From Planctomycetota bacterium (GTDB lineage: Bacteria; Planctomycetota; B15-G4): 64,000 nt of DNA. The stretch spans positions 212,252-276,251 of the forward strand of contig JBQTIY010000011.1 of NCBI GenBank assembly GCA_052387675.1, read 5' to 3'. Position numbers and translations under genes: made by a program. The notes under the pieces were generated by a model that saw only the letters and a list, made by a program, of their open reading frames with translations, was not told where the DNA came from and made no database searches. Shown one piece after another: positions 1-8,545 of this stretch. Position 1 is the first letter of the stretch. Each line of letters begins with the position of its first letter.

Positions 1-86
1 CTCACCCCCACGCGACCGGGAGGCCGACGTCGTTGCTGGTGTGCAAGACTGCGTAGTCGGCCGCGGAGTCAGTCCACGGATTCCAG

Positions 87-596
87 TCACTCTGGGATCT
101 CCAAGCGCTCGATGATGTCCTGAAAGGTTATGACGCCTTCGACGTCGCCGGCCCCGCACGACCGGTCGACGAAGTGCTCGCGAGCGATGGCCTGTCCGTT
201 CCACATTCGCGTGACCGTGATGTAGTCGGTGTCGCTGCAGCCGTCGCCCGGCCCGGCGCGGTAGTAGTTCAGCAGTTTCTCCAGACCAAGCAGATCGGCC
301 TGAGTGAGGCGGCCCTCGACGGTCGGACTGCGCTGCCGCTCGGTGAATTGCTGCGACTCCTCAGACCAGAGTCCCGAGCTCATGGTCACGCTCACGAGGG
401 GCTGCACGCCACCGCGCAAGTCGAGGTCGTACGCCCTGTCACCAAAGCAGCCATCCGTGACGAGGTGCACCTGCCACGAGTCGGATGCGGGTAGCTCGGC
501 GGACGCCACCACCTCCGGCAACTCTTCCGGCGATCTGCTTGAGCAACCCAGGCTGAGACTCAGAACCGAGGAGAAGATCACGACCATCTTCAGCAT
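87..596 (-). CDS. hypothetical lipoprotein (169 aa), cassette cargo
   Basis: ATG start. N-terminal signal peptide with lipobox LSLGC. No family recognised. The stop of the upstream small ORF overlaps its start. Confidence 0.6.
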   Translation of the reverse strand: MLKMVVIFSSVLSLSLGCSSRSPEELPEVVASAELPASDSWQVHLVTDGCFGDRAYDLDLRGGVQPLVSVTMSSGLWSEESQQFTERQRSPTVEGRLTQADLLGLEKLLNYYRAGPGDGCSDTDYITVTRMWNGQAIAREHFVDRSCGAGDVEGVITFQDIIERLEIPE

Positions 597-793
597 GTCT
601 CGTCACTCCCGGCCTTCGGCTCTTGGATAGACGTGACGAGCGCGGGCACGGCCCGGTCGAGATTCCTCGAGTACGCCCCCGCGAAGAGTCTTCCGAGCAG
701 CGAGGCGCCGAAGCCTTCCGCGTCCACGATCCAAGTCAGGCGCGTCCGATCGGGTGCCACCACATCAAACTGGGGCTGCAGCAAGCGAGTCAT
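590..793 (-). CDS. SRPBCC/polyketide-cyclase-like C-terminal fragment (67 aa), possibly a truncated gene
   Basis: ATG at 793 (the track start at 811 is TTG). The sequence ...TRLTWIVDAEGFGASLLGRLFAGAYSRNLDRAV... resembles only the last third of SRPBCC proteins. An attC-like repeat lies immediately upstream. Confidence 0.35.
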   Translation of the reverse strand: MTRLLQPQFDVVAPDRTRLTWIVDAEGFGASLLGRLFAGAYSRNLDRAVPALVTSIQEPKAGSDETC

Positions 794-802
794 CAAACCG
801 AA

Positions 803-868
803 TCCTAGCAACCCGCCGACTGGCTGTGCTGCTCGGCCGGTCGGCTGCAGCGGCGGAACAGGCTAAGG
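803..868 (-). repeat. attC-like imperfect inverted repeat
   Basis: The right arm GGCCGGTCGGCTGCAGCGGCGG is nearly identical to the arm of the 7368-7466 site. It lies between the DUF1697 stop (869) and the next ORF start. The core boxes are degenerate (CCTAGCAAC / GCTAAGGC). Confidence 0.5.
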
Positions 869-1432
869 CTACTTGTTCGATGGGGCATCGGCGTCGCCTT
901 TACCCGCGAGCGCGTGCAGCTTGAGTGTCGTGGCCCAGTTCCTCGTCGTAGCAAGCCTTCCTGCCTTTCCGAGAAGCGCCTCGCCAGCTTTGCTTTGCAG
1001 TATGCCGGTAGCGCACCAGAGGTAGGCGGCGTGCTTGCCGATCGCGAACTGCTCTGGAGCCTCGACGAACTGCTGGACAGCCGCCAGGCTCGTGAGCGCC
1101 CGGGCGTCTGGCGCAAAGGCAACCAGGAAGCGGGAGTGTTGCTCTGCTTCAGCGACAATCGGGTTCTCGGCAACGATGGCAGCAAGCTCCTTGGCAGACT
1201 TGACCACTACTGGCACCTGGACACCGAGCTCGGCCGCGAGAGCTGCAGCGATACTTGCAGCGTGCTTGGCAGGCGCACCCTTCGTTGCACGGAAGACTGC
1301 GTTCCCGCTGTTCAACAGAGTGACTACGTCCGTGTAACCCAGGCCCGAGAGAAGCTTGCGGAACTCGGCCATCGGGACACGCTTGGCTTTGCCGACGTTG
1401 ACGCCGCGCAGAAGGGCTACGAATCTGGGCAT
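869..1432 (-). CDS. DUF1697 family protein (187 aa)
   Basis: N-terminus MPRFVALLRGVNVGKAKRVPMAEFRKLL...LLNSGNAVF is the characteristic DUF1697 signature. Confidence 0.85.
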   Translation of the reverse strand: MPRFVALLRGVNVGKAKRVPMAEFRKLLSGLGYTDVVTLLNSGNAVFRATKGAPAKHAASIAAALAAELGVQVPVVVKSAKELAAIVAENPIVAEAEQHSRFLVAFAPDARALTSLAAVQQFVEAPEQFAIGKHAAYLWCATGILQSKAGEALLGKAGRLATTRNWATTLKLHALAGKGDADAPSNK

Positions 1433-1439
1433 GTGCGAC

Positions 1440-1484
1440 GCCTCACGACTCTGCCGCTTAGCTGCCGGCCGCAGTTCGTTAGGC
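1440..1484 (-). repeat. short attC-like site
   Basis: GCCTCAC-GACTCTGCCGC...GCCGCAGTTC-GTTAGGC. On the minus strand it reads GCCTAAC...GTGAGGC. It fills the whole gap between the stop at 1490 and the start at 1432. At 45 bp it is shorter than typical attC sites. Confidence 0.5.
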
Positions 1485-1489
1485 GACGC

Positions 1490-2035
1490 TCATTTGACAA
1501 CTGTCACCCTTCGGTCATCGAAGTGTGCCCGTAGTGGCTCTGGTTCCGCTGTGCACCACCCACGTGGAGCGAGCATGGGGTCGTCGATGATCAGCCCCAC
1601 GCGTCGGCCGTTGATGGTCAGCCATGCTCCCAGTTCATCCATCGACCTGTGGGGGTCACGGTCGTTCACCTTCACCTCGAACGACTGAATGACCGCATTG
1701 GCCCAATCCGCGGCGTCGCACACGCGCCAGAAGTTCTCACGCTGTTTCTCGCGTATCTCCTGCCATGTGAGAATCCATATGCCATCGGCCGTCGCGGTCG
1801 TGGTCCTCGCCTTCTCCTCTGCCGAGAGTGTGGCTGAGGCATCCATTGCCGCGAGAATGTCTTCTCGAGTCGCGCAGATCTTGAGAAAGGCGTCTTCATC
1901 GCGCTGCTGCAGAGCCAGGAGTGCATGCCGTACAAGAGCCTCGGGATCTGTGAGTGCGGTCTGACGGCAACCGACGGCGAACAAGCTTACGAGCAGCAGT
2001 GCACTGACTCTGCTCAGGAGACTGAGCAACACCAT
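1490..2035 (-). CDS. hypothetical lipoprotein (181 aa)
   Basis: Internal ATG at 2035 is preceded by GAGAGGAGC. Signal peptide with lipobox LFAVGC. The longer track ORF (to 2119) adds an unlikely N-terminal extension. Confidence 0.6.
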   Translation of the reverse strand: MVLLSLLSRVSALLLVSLFAVGCRQTALTDPEALVRHALLALQQRDEDAFLKICATREDILAAMDASATLSAEEKARTTTATADGIWILTWQEIREKQRENFWRVCDAADWANAVIQSFEVKVNDRDPHRSMDELGAWLTINGRRVGLIIDDPMLAPRGWCTAEPEPLRAHFDDRRVTVVK

Positions 2036-2155
2036 CAGATGCTCCTCTCGAGATGAATGTCGGTGGCGTCGCGGCACGCCGACTGCTGCCGTCACGATCA
2101 CAAACGCTGCTCCAATCATCGTTCAGCGTGCCTCTCGACCGAGCTCAATCGCTTC

Positions 2156-2335
2156 TCACTTCTTCTCTAAGTCGTCCAAGCGCTGCTGCAGTTTGGCAAC
2201 CTGATCTTCCAAGTCTTGCCGCTTGCTCTTGCCGACGAGCGATCTCAACCACTCATCTGCACCTGTGATGCTGGCGAAGACCAGCCAGGCCACGCCGAGG
2301 CAAACGGCCCACGTGATCAGGTTAGAAGGTTCCAT
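2156..2335 (-). CDS. small membrane protein with C-terminal coiled coil (59 aa, absent from the ORF track)
   Basis: My own translation: MEPSNLITWAVCLGVAWLVFASITGADEWLRSLVGKSKRQDLEDQVAKLQQRLDDLEKK. It has one TM helix plus a heptad-like tail and sits upstream of the lipoprotein gene on the same strand. Confidence 0.4.
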   Translation of the reverse strand: MEPSNLITWAVCLGVAWLVFASITGADEWLRSLVGKSKRQDLEDQVAKLQQRLDDLEKK

Positions 2336-2447
2336 GCTCCGTTTGCCCTCTTCGTTGGTTGCCGCCTAAAGGACGGTGGAATCGCCGCCGCGCCCGACGG
2401 GTCAGATCATGCCACAGATGGTGACTGCCACTGGGTACGTGCGCAGC

Positions 2448-3212
2448 CTAGTCGACCTCATCGCCGACACGGCGTGGCGGGAGTTGCACAATGAACTCCG
2501 TTCTCGGCTGAATGAGCACGCTGTACGCCGTGTGTTGCTCCTCGAACGGCACGATGCCCAGGCGATCAAGCAGGTCCCATCTCGCGGAGCGTACGCGGCC
2601 GGCTGAGGGTGTCAGGCGCTCATGCCACACCGCGTACGATCCCAGGTGTCCATCTCGCCGCGTGAAGTACCCGGTCAGAGGGTGCGTCAGCACCACAAGG
2701 CCCGTCTCGATATCCGGGAAACCGTCGAACACCAGCGGTCCACCGGTGTCCTCAAGCTCCACCATGGCCGAAGCCCAGCGACTCTCTGTCGCCACCTTAA
2801 AGCAGGAGTAGCGGCCCGATGATTCTTGCTCGCACTCAAACCGAAAGCGCCCATAGTGCCAGGGCAGTCGCCACAGATAGCGCGGCAAGGCCACGGACCA
2901 CGAGCCGAGCGTGGTGCCGAGAAACCAGACTGCTCGCGTGCCGGTCTGGCGCTCACGAATATAGATCCGGTAGTTCGTCTGACCAAAGCGCAGCCGGGGG
3001 CTGGGGAAGGCCGCCGCGCGAAAGTCCTGGTCCTCAAATGGAACAACCGACAACAGAGCCCGCATCTGACCGTCGAGCGAGATGCAATCCAGTTCAAAGC
3101 GTGGATGCAGAAGAGGCTGCAGCCGCTCAGGCGGAACAGCGTAGGTGACGAGGGCGAAATGCCGCAGGGTCGTGACTGCATCGACGCCGGAGACGGCGGG
3201 CCGCTGCAGCAT
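2448..3212 (-). CDS. DUF2071 family protein (254 aa)
   Basis: The pattern ...FALVTYAVPPERLQPLL...LLSVVPFED...FGQTNYRIYIR... matches my memory of DUF2071. Confidence 0.6.
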   Translation of the reverse strand: MLQRPAVSGVDAVTTLRHFALVTYAVPPERLQPLLHPRFELDCISLDGQMRALLSVVPFEDQDFRAAAFPSPRLRFGQTNYRIYIRERQTGTRAVWFLGTTLGSWSVALPRYLWRLPWHYGRFRFECEQESSGRYSCFKVATESRWASAMVELEDTGGPLVFDGFPDIETGLVVLTHPLTGYFTRRDGHLGSYAVWHERLTPSAGRVRSARWDLLDRLGIVPFEEQHTAYSVLIQPRTEFIVQLPPRRVGDEVD

Positions 3213-3335
3213 CGACGACGTGAACGTCTGTGGCTCGATGAGTGTTCCCTAGCCTGCTAACGATCGATCGTAGCGAGCCACGCTTCGGCCGACTCCTGTT
3301 GAACGTCTGCTCCCACCATCATCGAGCCCCCGGCC

Positions 3336-3950
3336 TCAGTCATCAGGCGACTGCTCAAACCACCAATCGGAATCGCCAATCCGCCTGACTTCGACGGGCC
3401 CCAAGCTGCTACTCCACTCAGCGGGCTTTGCCCCGGGGGAATAGATATAGGTGAACACCAACTCGATGCCGCCGCCGCGGCGCCGGAAAGAAGCGGAGCT
3501 GAGGGTTCCGTCCTCCGCAAACTTGGCTTCAACCAGCCGGTTGGTCGGAACCCCGCTGGCTCGAATGGCCTGAGCCAACTGCTCAAAGGCCGCCTCGGTC
3601 TCCTTGTCAAACACCTGGTCACCATCCTCACGCGCACGCTCTGCGTCCGTGCTGAACTTCCCGCGTTTCCAGGCGATCGAGCCACCCGACATACCCTCGT
3701 TGAGGTACCAGGTGACTCGAAGGTCACTGACCACAGGCAGGACGTGAGTCTGCAGTGCCGCGACCTCCTCGGACTGCTGCTCGACGGAGGGCGGTGAGGT
3801 CATTCCGGGATACCAGCATCCTCCCTTGGCGAACGCGATCGCGAGAGTCACCCAGCGAAGGGTCACCAAGCGCAGGCCCACTCCCGTCGCCGCTCGCCCG
3901 CGAGTTTTGCTCTCTCTTGGATTCACGTCACGTTCCTTCTGCATGCTCAT
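3336..3950 (-). CDS. hypothetical protein (204 aa)
   Basis: ATG preceded by the strong SD AGAGGAGAGG. One N-terminal hydrophobic segment. No family recognised. Confidence 0.55.
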   Translation of the reverse strand: MSMQKERDVNPRESKTRGRAATGVGLRLVTLRWVTLAIAFAKGGCWYPGMTSPPSVEQQSEEVAALQTHVLPVVSDLRVTWYLNEGMSGGSIAWKRGKFSTDAERAREDGDQVFDKETEAAFEQLAQAIRASGVPTNRLVEAKFAEDGTLSSASFRRRGGGIELVFTYIYSPGAKPAEWSSSLGPVEVRRIGDSDWWFEQSPDD

Positions 3951-4072
3951 GAGGCACCTCTCCTCTGGGAGATGTTAGGACCTTGGCCGCGCACGCCACA
4001 ATCCTTTGCGCGCTGCGTGCTGAACAGCTTCCACATAAGGAATAATGGCCTGCCGATGACTGAGACGGCAAG

Positions 4073-4771
4073 TTAGCGTGCATCGTCCAGCTTTCCAGCG
4101 AGCTCTTTCAGGAACTCTGCCGAGGTGACTTCTTTCCCGTCAGCGCGGCGAATGCGGTAGTCCTTCCCGCTCAGCGAGGACTTGCTGGCACAAAGGCTGA
4201 TGAAGTCATCGAGGCTGCGAACCTCCGACCGTTTGGAAGACAGCTTGCCCCGCAGGTGCTCAGCGGCCTGAGCTGCGGTGTACTCGCTGCCATTGCGAAT
4301 GAACACGCAGCCAACTTGGGACTCGAGGGCACTGAGCAACTCCTCGATTCGCTCAGACTCGCTGATCGCGCCCACGCCTGGTGACCCAAGGACAAAGTCC
4401 GCGGAGTCCTGACCGATTATGAGGTTGTGGATCTCGACGAGTTGGAGCTGAAGCGGAAACTCTTGCAGTTGAAAGGCAAGGACTTCCCCTGCGTGCAGCG
4501 ACGCTTCTGCGAGCGGGCCGGAGGCCGAGGAGGAGATGACCGTGTGGACCTGGTCTCCAGAGATGTCCCCCAGCGCAACGCGGAGATCCCCGTTGGTATC
4601 AGGGATCTCCGCCGTAGCGCGCTGCTGAACCGAGAAGCTGATGGGCAGCGCGAAGGGAGGCGGCGGTGGCGCTGCAGCGACTTCCGTGGCCTCGATGTTC
4701 GTGGCCTCGCTACAGGCAGACAGCAGAAGCGCCACGACTGCCGAGAGGACGGTCCCAGTTCTCCGAGCCAC
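4073..4771 (-). CDS. lipoprotein with DUF5329-like C-terminal domain (232 aa from GTG)
   Basis: Lipobox LLLSAC. The C-terminus ...FIRNGSEYTAAQAAEHLRGKL...FISLCASKSSLSGKDYRIR... resembles DUF5329. The start is uncertain. An alternative ATG at 4846 forms an ATGA overlap with the upstream stop. Confidence 0.55.
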   Translation of the reverse strand: MARRTGTVLSAVVALLLSACSEATNIEATEVAAAPPPPPFALPISFSVQQRATAEIPDTNGDLRVALGDISGDQVHTVISSSASGPLAEASLHAGEVLAFQLQEFPLQLQLVEIHNLIIGQDSADFVLGSPGVGAISESERIEELLSALESQVGCVFIRNGSEYTAAQAAEHLRGKLSSKRSEVRSLDDFISLCASKSSLSGKDYRIRRADGKEVTSAEFLKELAGKLDDAR

Positions 4772-4842
4772 GCTACCGACACTGCCGCTTAGCCGCCAGC
4801 CAAGCCTCGTCGCGCCGTGACAATGAAGACGCGTACCCGACC

Positions 4843-5301
4843 TCATGACTTGGACTCGTGCAACACACCTTGCCGCTGCAAGTTCTGCACGTACCTGGCC
4901 AGGATGAAGAAGAGGAACAAGCCGCCGAAGCCGGCCCAAAGGATCGCCGAGGCCTCATGGCCGTTGAGCCATCGCCACACACCGCCCACTTGCACCAGGG
5001 CGACCCACAGAACGATCAACCACGCGGGCCAGACTGCGCGCGCGCTGCGCTTGAGAAGCAGGTAGACACAAAGAGCTGCGCTCCCGTGATAGAGCAGCCC
5101 CGTGCCGAAGTACTGGTCGAAGGCCGTCGTGCCGGCCCAGTCCTGATCGGGCAGCGTCTCGGAGGATCTCAGGTAGTAGTAGAGCGGGATGGGTCCAACG
5201 GCGGTGAAGGCGTAGACCAAGTAGGCCGGCCACAGATCCCGGCGCCGCGGCTCAGGAGACACCGTCGCGCCCGGTAAAGGCAATGCGCTAGCTTCCGGCA
5301 T
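4843..5301 (-). CDS. hypothetical integral membrane protein (152 aa)
   Basis: ATG at 5301 preceded by AAGGAG with 6-nt spacing. About 4 hydrophobic helices. Confidence 0.6.
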   Translation of the reverse strand: MPEASALPLPGATVSPEPRRRDLWPAYLVYAFTAVGPIPLYYYLRSSETLPDQDWAGTTAFDQYFGTGLLYHGSAALCVYLLLKRSARAVWPAWLIVLWVALVQVGGVWRWLNGHEASAILWAGFGGLFLFFILARYVQNLQRQGVLHESKS

Positions 5302-5377
5302 GCTGACTCCTTGGTCATCAAACGACACAGCCGCTCGACGGCCGAGGCCGCTCCACCGTCAATGAATCCTATGAGAT

Positions 5378-5629
5378 CTATGGTCGATTCCGGTCACGTG
5401 CAGCACCTGATTCGGCGTCTGAGCGCGAACGAGGTCCAGGTGGGCGACGACGCAAGAGCCGGCCGACGCCAATCAACAGCACGCCTCCGAGGAACGGCCC
5501 ATACCAGGGTGCCACGGCAAACTCGAAAGCGACACCGAGTTGCTGCAGTAAGGTCGACAGGAGGCCGAGCAGCCCAATGACGACCGCCGCAAGCCCTGCC
5601 ACAAGGATTCCATTGCCAATCCGCCGCAT
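5378..5629 (-). CDS. small membrane protein (83 aa)
   Basis: Internal ATG at 5629 preceded by AGGAGAAG. Two hydrophobic helices. The upstream part of the 197-aa track ORF looks non-coding. Confidence 0.5.
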   Translation of the reverse strand: MRRIGNGILVAGLAAVVIGLLGLLSTLLQQLGVAFEFAVAPWYGPFLGGVLLIGVGRLLRRRPPGPRSRSDAESGAARDRNRP

Positions 5630-5673
5630 CGTCTTCTCCTGGTGATGAAGGGCACCTCGAGTGCAACGGATGC

Positions 5674-6012
5674 TCAGGCAACCCGCTTGGAGCGCTCTGC
5701 CTTCCCGAGGAAGTAATGAATCAGCAGGGCCAGGAGAGTCCAGTACAGGGCGAAGCCGAGAACCAGGATCGGGGGCGGCAAGTCCGGCAATTCGGTCAAA
5801 GGCAGCAAGGGTCCGATCAACACAACCTTGATTGGCAGCAGAAGGGCAGAGACTGCACTCTTCCATGCCACCACGGACCCGAGTCCCAGGAAGGACTCGC
5901 TCCTCGCCGGAAACAGTCGCACTTCCGATCCCAAGACTGAGTTGGAGATGAACTGAAAGGCAAACCCGCAAAGCAGAAAGACGGCGACAAACCGTGTTCT
6001 CGAAACTTTCAA
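5674..6012 (-). CDS. small membrane protein (112 aa, TTG start)
   Basis: GGGAGGA lies 6-7 nt before the TTG at 6012. Hydrophobic helices follow directly. The longer ORF (to 6183) would run through an attC-like repeat. Confidence 0.45.
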   Translation of the reverse strand: MKVSRTRFVAVFLLCGFAFQFISNSVLGSEVRLFPARSESFLGLGSVVAWKSAVSALLLPIKVVLIGPLLPLTELPDLPPPILVLGFALYWTLLALLIHYFLGKAERSKRVA

Positions 6013-6050
6013 AGTAGTCCTCCCAATTTGGATCTGATTGCTGGACGTCC

Positions 6051-6166
6051 GTTCAACGATGCCGCCATCCGGTGCAGCCAAGGCGCAATTCGGCGGCAGC
6101 AAATGGCGCTCTGCCGGTGCAGGATCAAACAACCTGCTGAGCACCGGACGAGCGGCTGTTCGAGGC
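6051..6166 (-). repeat. attC-like imperfect inverted repeat
   Basis: The left arm GTTCAAC-GATGCCGCCATCCGGTGC pairs with the right arm GCACCGGACGAGCGGCT-GTTCGAGGC. The site lies between the stop at 6187 and the proposed start at 6012. Confidence 0.5.
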
Positions 6167-6186
6167 ATTGCGAGTTCATCCATGCC

Positions 6187-7086
6187 TCACTTAGGGGACA
6201 CCGCGCGCCAGTGTGGTCGCGTCGAAACCCGCCAGCCAATAACCGGTCCGGCGTCCTTCTCGCGCTGGACCATCAGCGCCTCAGAGCGCATGGCCTCGAC
6301 TTTGGTAATCGTCAACCGCTGAACCAGCCCAGGGGGCGCGATGACGAACAGTTGTGTCCCGATCCGAAGACCCTGCTCGCTCCCGGCGGCGAGGGTCAGC
6401 GGCGTATCTCGGAAGTTCCAGCCGGAGACGCCTGGCCGGAGTGCGAACTCCCCGACTTCCAGCACTGTCGTCTCCACCGGTTCCTTCAGCAGAGCGTTCT
6501 GGTAGTCAAAGGGCAACTCCGGATCTCCAGTAACTTTGGTCAGCTCGTCTCCCTTGCGCAGCAGATACTCGCCGAAGATGGAGGTGCGCGGCTCGTCGCC
6601 CGCGTTGACATCGTTGCAGAAGCCAATGACGTCGTCGGCTGGCACGAGATAGACGCGCGGCCCCCACGGGATGACGACGAGCTCGGGTGCGAGGCCGCGA
6701 AAGCCCTCGTGCACGTTCTCGAAGGCAAATGACAGGCCGAGCTTGCGGCCCGTCGAGGTCACGGCGCCGTAGTTGCGGTCGTACAGGCCGAGGCAACCAT
6801 GCCACTCGAAGACGTAGCCTGAACGGGGTGCCAGAGTGAGCGACGTGTTCACCCCCGTCCCGTCGCCTGCGAAGTACTCGCCGGCCCAGGCGTGCGCTTC
6901 GAGCGTTGCGAGCTCGGCGCGGATCTCGGCGCGTCGCGCGTTCGCCGCGTGTTCGGCTTCGGCGGAGTGGCGGCTCTCCTCAGAGGCCACGCCCCTCGAC
7001 ACACTGACGCTCGGGGCAGACGGACTGCTCGGGGCTGGAGAGCACGCTGCCAGGAAGAACAGGAGGCTGTCGCGCAATCGCTTCAT
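6187..7086 (-). CDS. hypothetical lipoprotein (299 aa)
   Basis: Internal ATG at 7086. MKRLRDSLLFFLAAC lipobox. No family recognised. Confidence 0.6.
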   Translation of the reverse strand: MKRLRDSLLFFLAACSPAPSSPSAPSVSVSRGVASEESRHSAEAEHAANARRAEIRAELATLEAHAWAGEYFAGDGTGVNTSLTLAPRSGYVFEWHGCLGLYDRNYGAVTSTGRKLGLSFAFENVHEGFRGLAPELVVIPWGPRVYLVPADDVIGFCNDVNAGDEPRTSIFGEYLLRKGDELTKVTGDPELPFDYQNALLKEPVETTVLEVGEFALRPGVSGWNFRDTPLTLAAGSEQGLRIGTQLFVIAPPGLVQRLTITKVEAMRSEALMVQREKDAGPVIGWRVSTRPHWRAVSPK

Positions 7087-7120
7087 TGGCTGGGTCGCCC
7101 GACCAGCTGCGCCAGGGGCC

Positions 7121-7345
7121 TCAACCTGGCACCGCCCGCCCTCGAATCTCAGCGAGCTCCCCCTCGAGCACCTCGACGCGGCGTCGCAGCGTATGCAATG
7201 GAGCGTAAGCCATGAAGATGATGCCGACCCCGAAGGCCACGAGGCCCCAGTGGCCGTTGGACGGGAGGCTCGTGCCGACAACTGCGCCGCCGGCACCCGT
7301 GAGGCCGGCGCCGACGAAGATGAAAAGAAGGCTCAGCCGGGGCAT
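7121..7345 (-). CDS. small membrane protein with C-terminal coiled coil (74 aa)
   Basis: ATG preceded by GAGGAGG. Two Gly-rich hydrophobic helices are followed by LRRRVEVLEGELAEIRG. Confidence 0.5.
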   Translation of the reverse strand: MPRLSLLFIFVGAGLTGAGGAVVGTSLPSNGHWGLVAFGVGIIFMAYAPLHTLRRRVEVLEGELAEIRGRAVPG

Positions 7346-7367
7346 ATCAGGGACCTCCTCGTGTGCC

Positions 7368-7466
7368 GCCTAACAACTCTGCCGCTCAGCAGCCGGCCAC
7401 ACGCGAGCGCTCCGCAGCCTAGGTCGGCGCCGCGAGCGGCCGGTCGGATGCAGCGGCGGGTTAAGC
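7368..7466 (-). repeat. attC-like recombination site (99 bp)
   Basis: GCCTAAC-AACTCTGCCGCTCAGCAGCCGGCC ... GGCCGGTCGGATGCAGCGGCGG-GTTAAGC. The arms are complementary with bulges. The site lies between the stop at 7483 and the start at 7345. Confidence 0.75.
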
Positions 7467-7482
7467 AGCAGCAAGGCACGCT

Positions 7483-7932
7483 CTAGTCTCCGCCCAGCAG
7501 CGTATCGGTTCCATCTGGGCTCCGCAGGTAGAGCAAGTAGTTCAATTGAAGCGGGTACATGCGGCTCTTGTAAACCATGGGCGCCGCGCTCTCCCGGCAT
7601 GAGGACAAGAAGCGTGCCTCTTCAGCGTAAGCCACGGCTTGAGCCACGCTGAATGCTACGACCAGCATGAGCGCCAAGCCACGGACTGAACGGCGCGCCG
7701 GCACAGGAGGACGCGCGCTGCCGCCAGGAACCACGCTGAGGACGCGTTGCGGCCGGGGAAGAAACGGCAGGAGCACAAGGCCGACGGCCAGGATTGCAGT
7801 CGCGGCAAAAACCCACTCCTCACCCGTGACATCTGCGATGCTCGAGTGCATGGTGCGGATCCAGAGCAGAACTAGCCAGGACCACGCGCCAAACAGTCCG
7901 AGCACGATTCGCGATCTGGCCTTGGCGCTCAT
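7483..7932 (-). CDS. hypothetical membrane protein (149 aa)
   Basis: ATG at 7932 (the track start at 7956 is TTG). Several hydrophobic helices. Confidence 0.55.
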   Translation of the reverse strand: MSAKARSRIVLGLFGAWSWLVLLWIRTMHSSIADVTGEEWVFAATAILAVGLVLLPFLPRPQRVLSVVPGGSARPPVPARRSVRGLALMLVVAFSVAQAVAYAEEARFLSSCRESAAPMVYKSRMYPLQLNYLLYLRSPDGTDTLLGGD

Positions 7933-8056
7933 GGGACGCGTTGCGCTATTAGGCAAGTGAGCTGTCCTTTAGTTGCGGACCGCAGCCCAGAACGCCTTCG
8001 ACGTGGACGACGCCCCCTCGCTGCCCTTCGGCTGCCAGAGCTCATCGCGCCGCGAT

Positions 8057-8422
8057 TCATGAACCTGGCTGCCCGCTCGACGGAACTAGGCCGCTGCGAT
8101 TGCGCGCACCCCAGGTGAGTGCCTCGACGAGCGCGACGGCGCTGAGACTGCGGAGGATGAGCAGACCCAGTGAGTCAGGTGGGCTCGAAGCAAACACCGC
8201 TGCGCCCAAGAGGGCACACGCCAGCCAAGCACTGGCGCTCCGTCGCGTGAGCTGGAGGGTGCCGTCTTCCGCGGCGGTGAAACGCACGACGAGCCACAGA
8301 GCCAGCAGGAACAGGCACACGAAGGCGACGGACATGACGCCTTGCAGTTCAGGAAGAGCCGACAAGGCCGCGACGGAAATGGCAACCATGACCGCAACAG
8401 AGCACCGCCGCTCATACTGCAT
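8057..8422 (-). CDS. hypothetical membrane protein (121 aa)
   Basis: ATG at 8422, shortly after a GTTGGGC core box on the minus strand. 3-4 hydrophobic helices. Confidence 0.5.
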   Translation of the reverse strand: MQYERRCSVAVMVAISVAALSALPELQGVMSVAFVCLFLLALWLVVRFTAAEDGTLQLTRRSASAWLACALLGAAVFASSPPDSLGLLILRSLSAVALVEALTWGARNRSGLVPSSGQPGS

Positions 8423-8440
8423 GGGAGATTCTCTTTCGGT

Positions 8441-8525
8441 GCCCAACGACTCTGTTGCCCAACTGCAGGCCGCGCACGAACCCATCGCGGCGTAGGCAGC
8501 AGCCGGCAACGCCAAGTCGTCTGCT
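8441..8525 (-). repeat. attC-like imperfect inverted repeat
   Basis: GCCCAAC-GACTCTGTTGCC ... GGCAACGCCAAGTC-GTCTGC. The minus strand ends in GTTGGGC (fits GTTRRRY) just before the ORF start at 8422. Confidence 0.5.
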
Positions 8526-8545
8526 GCGTCGAGTCAGCCGGAAGC

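Noticed and set aside
3951-4072. Possible attC site between the 4073 and 3950 genes
   Set aside because: Two GTTAG-type boxes are present (3975-3981 and 4065-4071) but on the same strand, and I could not pair the arms. I left it uncalled. The gap does contain a small hairpin, TTGCCG...CGGCAG.
4772-4846. Longer N-terminus for the DUF5329-like lipoprotein (ATG at 4846 forming an ATGA overlap with the upstream stop)
   Set aside because: It would give a pre-hydrophobic region of about 35 aa that is partly encoded by an attC-like arm. It is kept as an alternative only, and the GTG at 4771 is preferred. The coordinates are listed in minus-strand order.
7933-8056. Possible attC site between the 8057 and 7932 genes
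   Set aside because: Only an ATTAGGC box and direct-repeat-like fragments (CTCTGGCAGCC / TTCTGGGCTGCGG) are present. I could not verify an inverted-repeat structure by eye.
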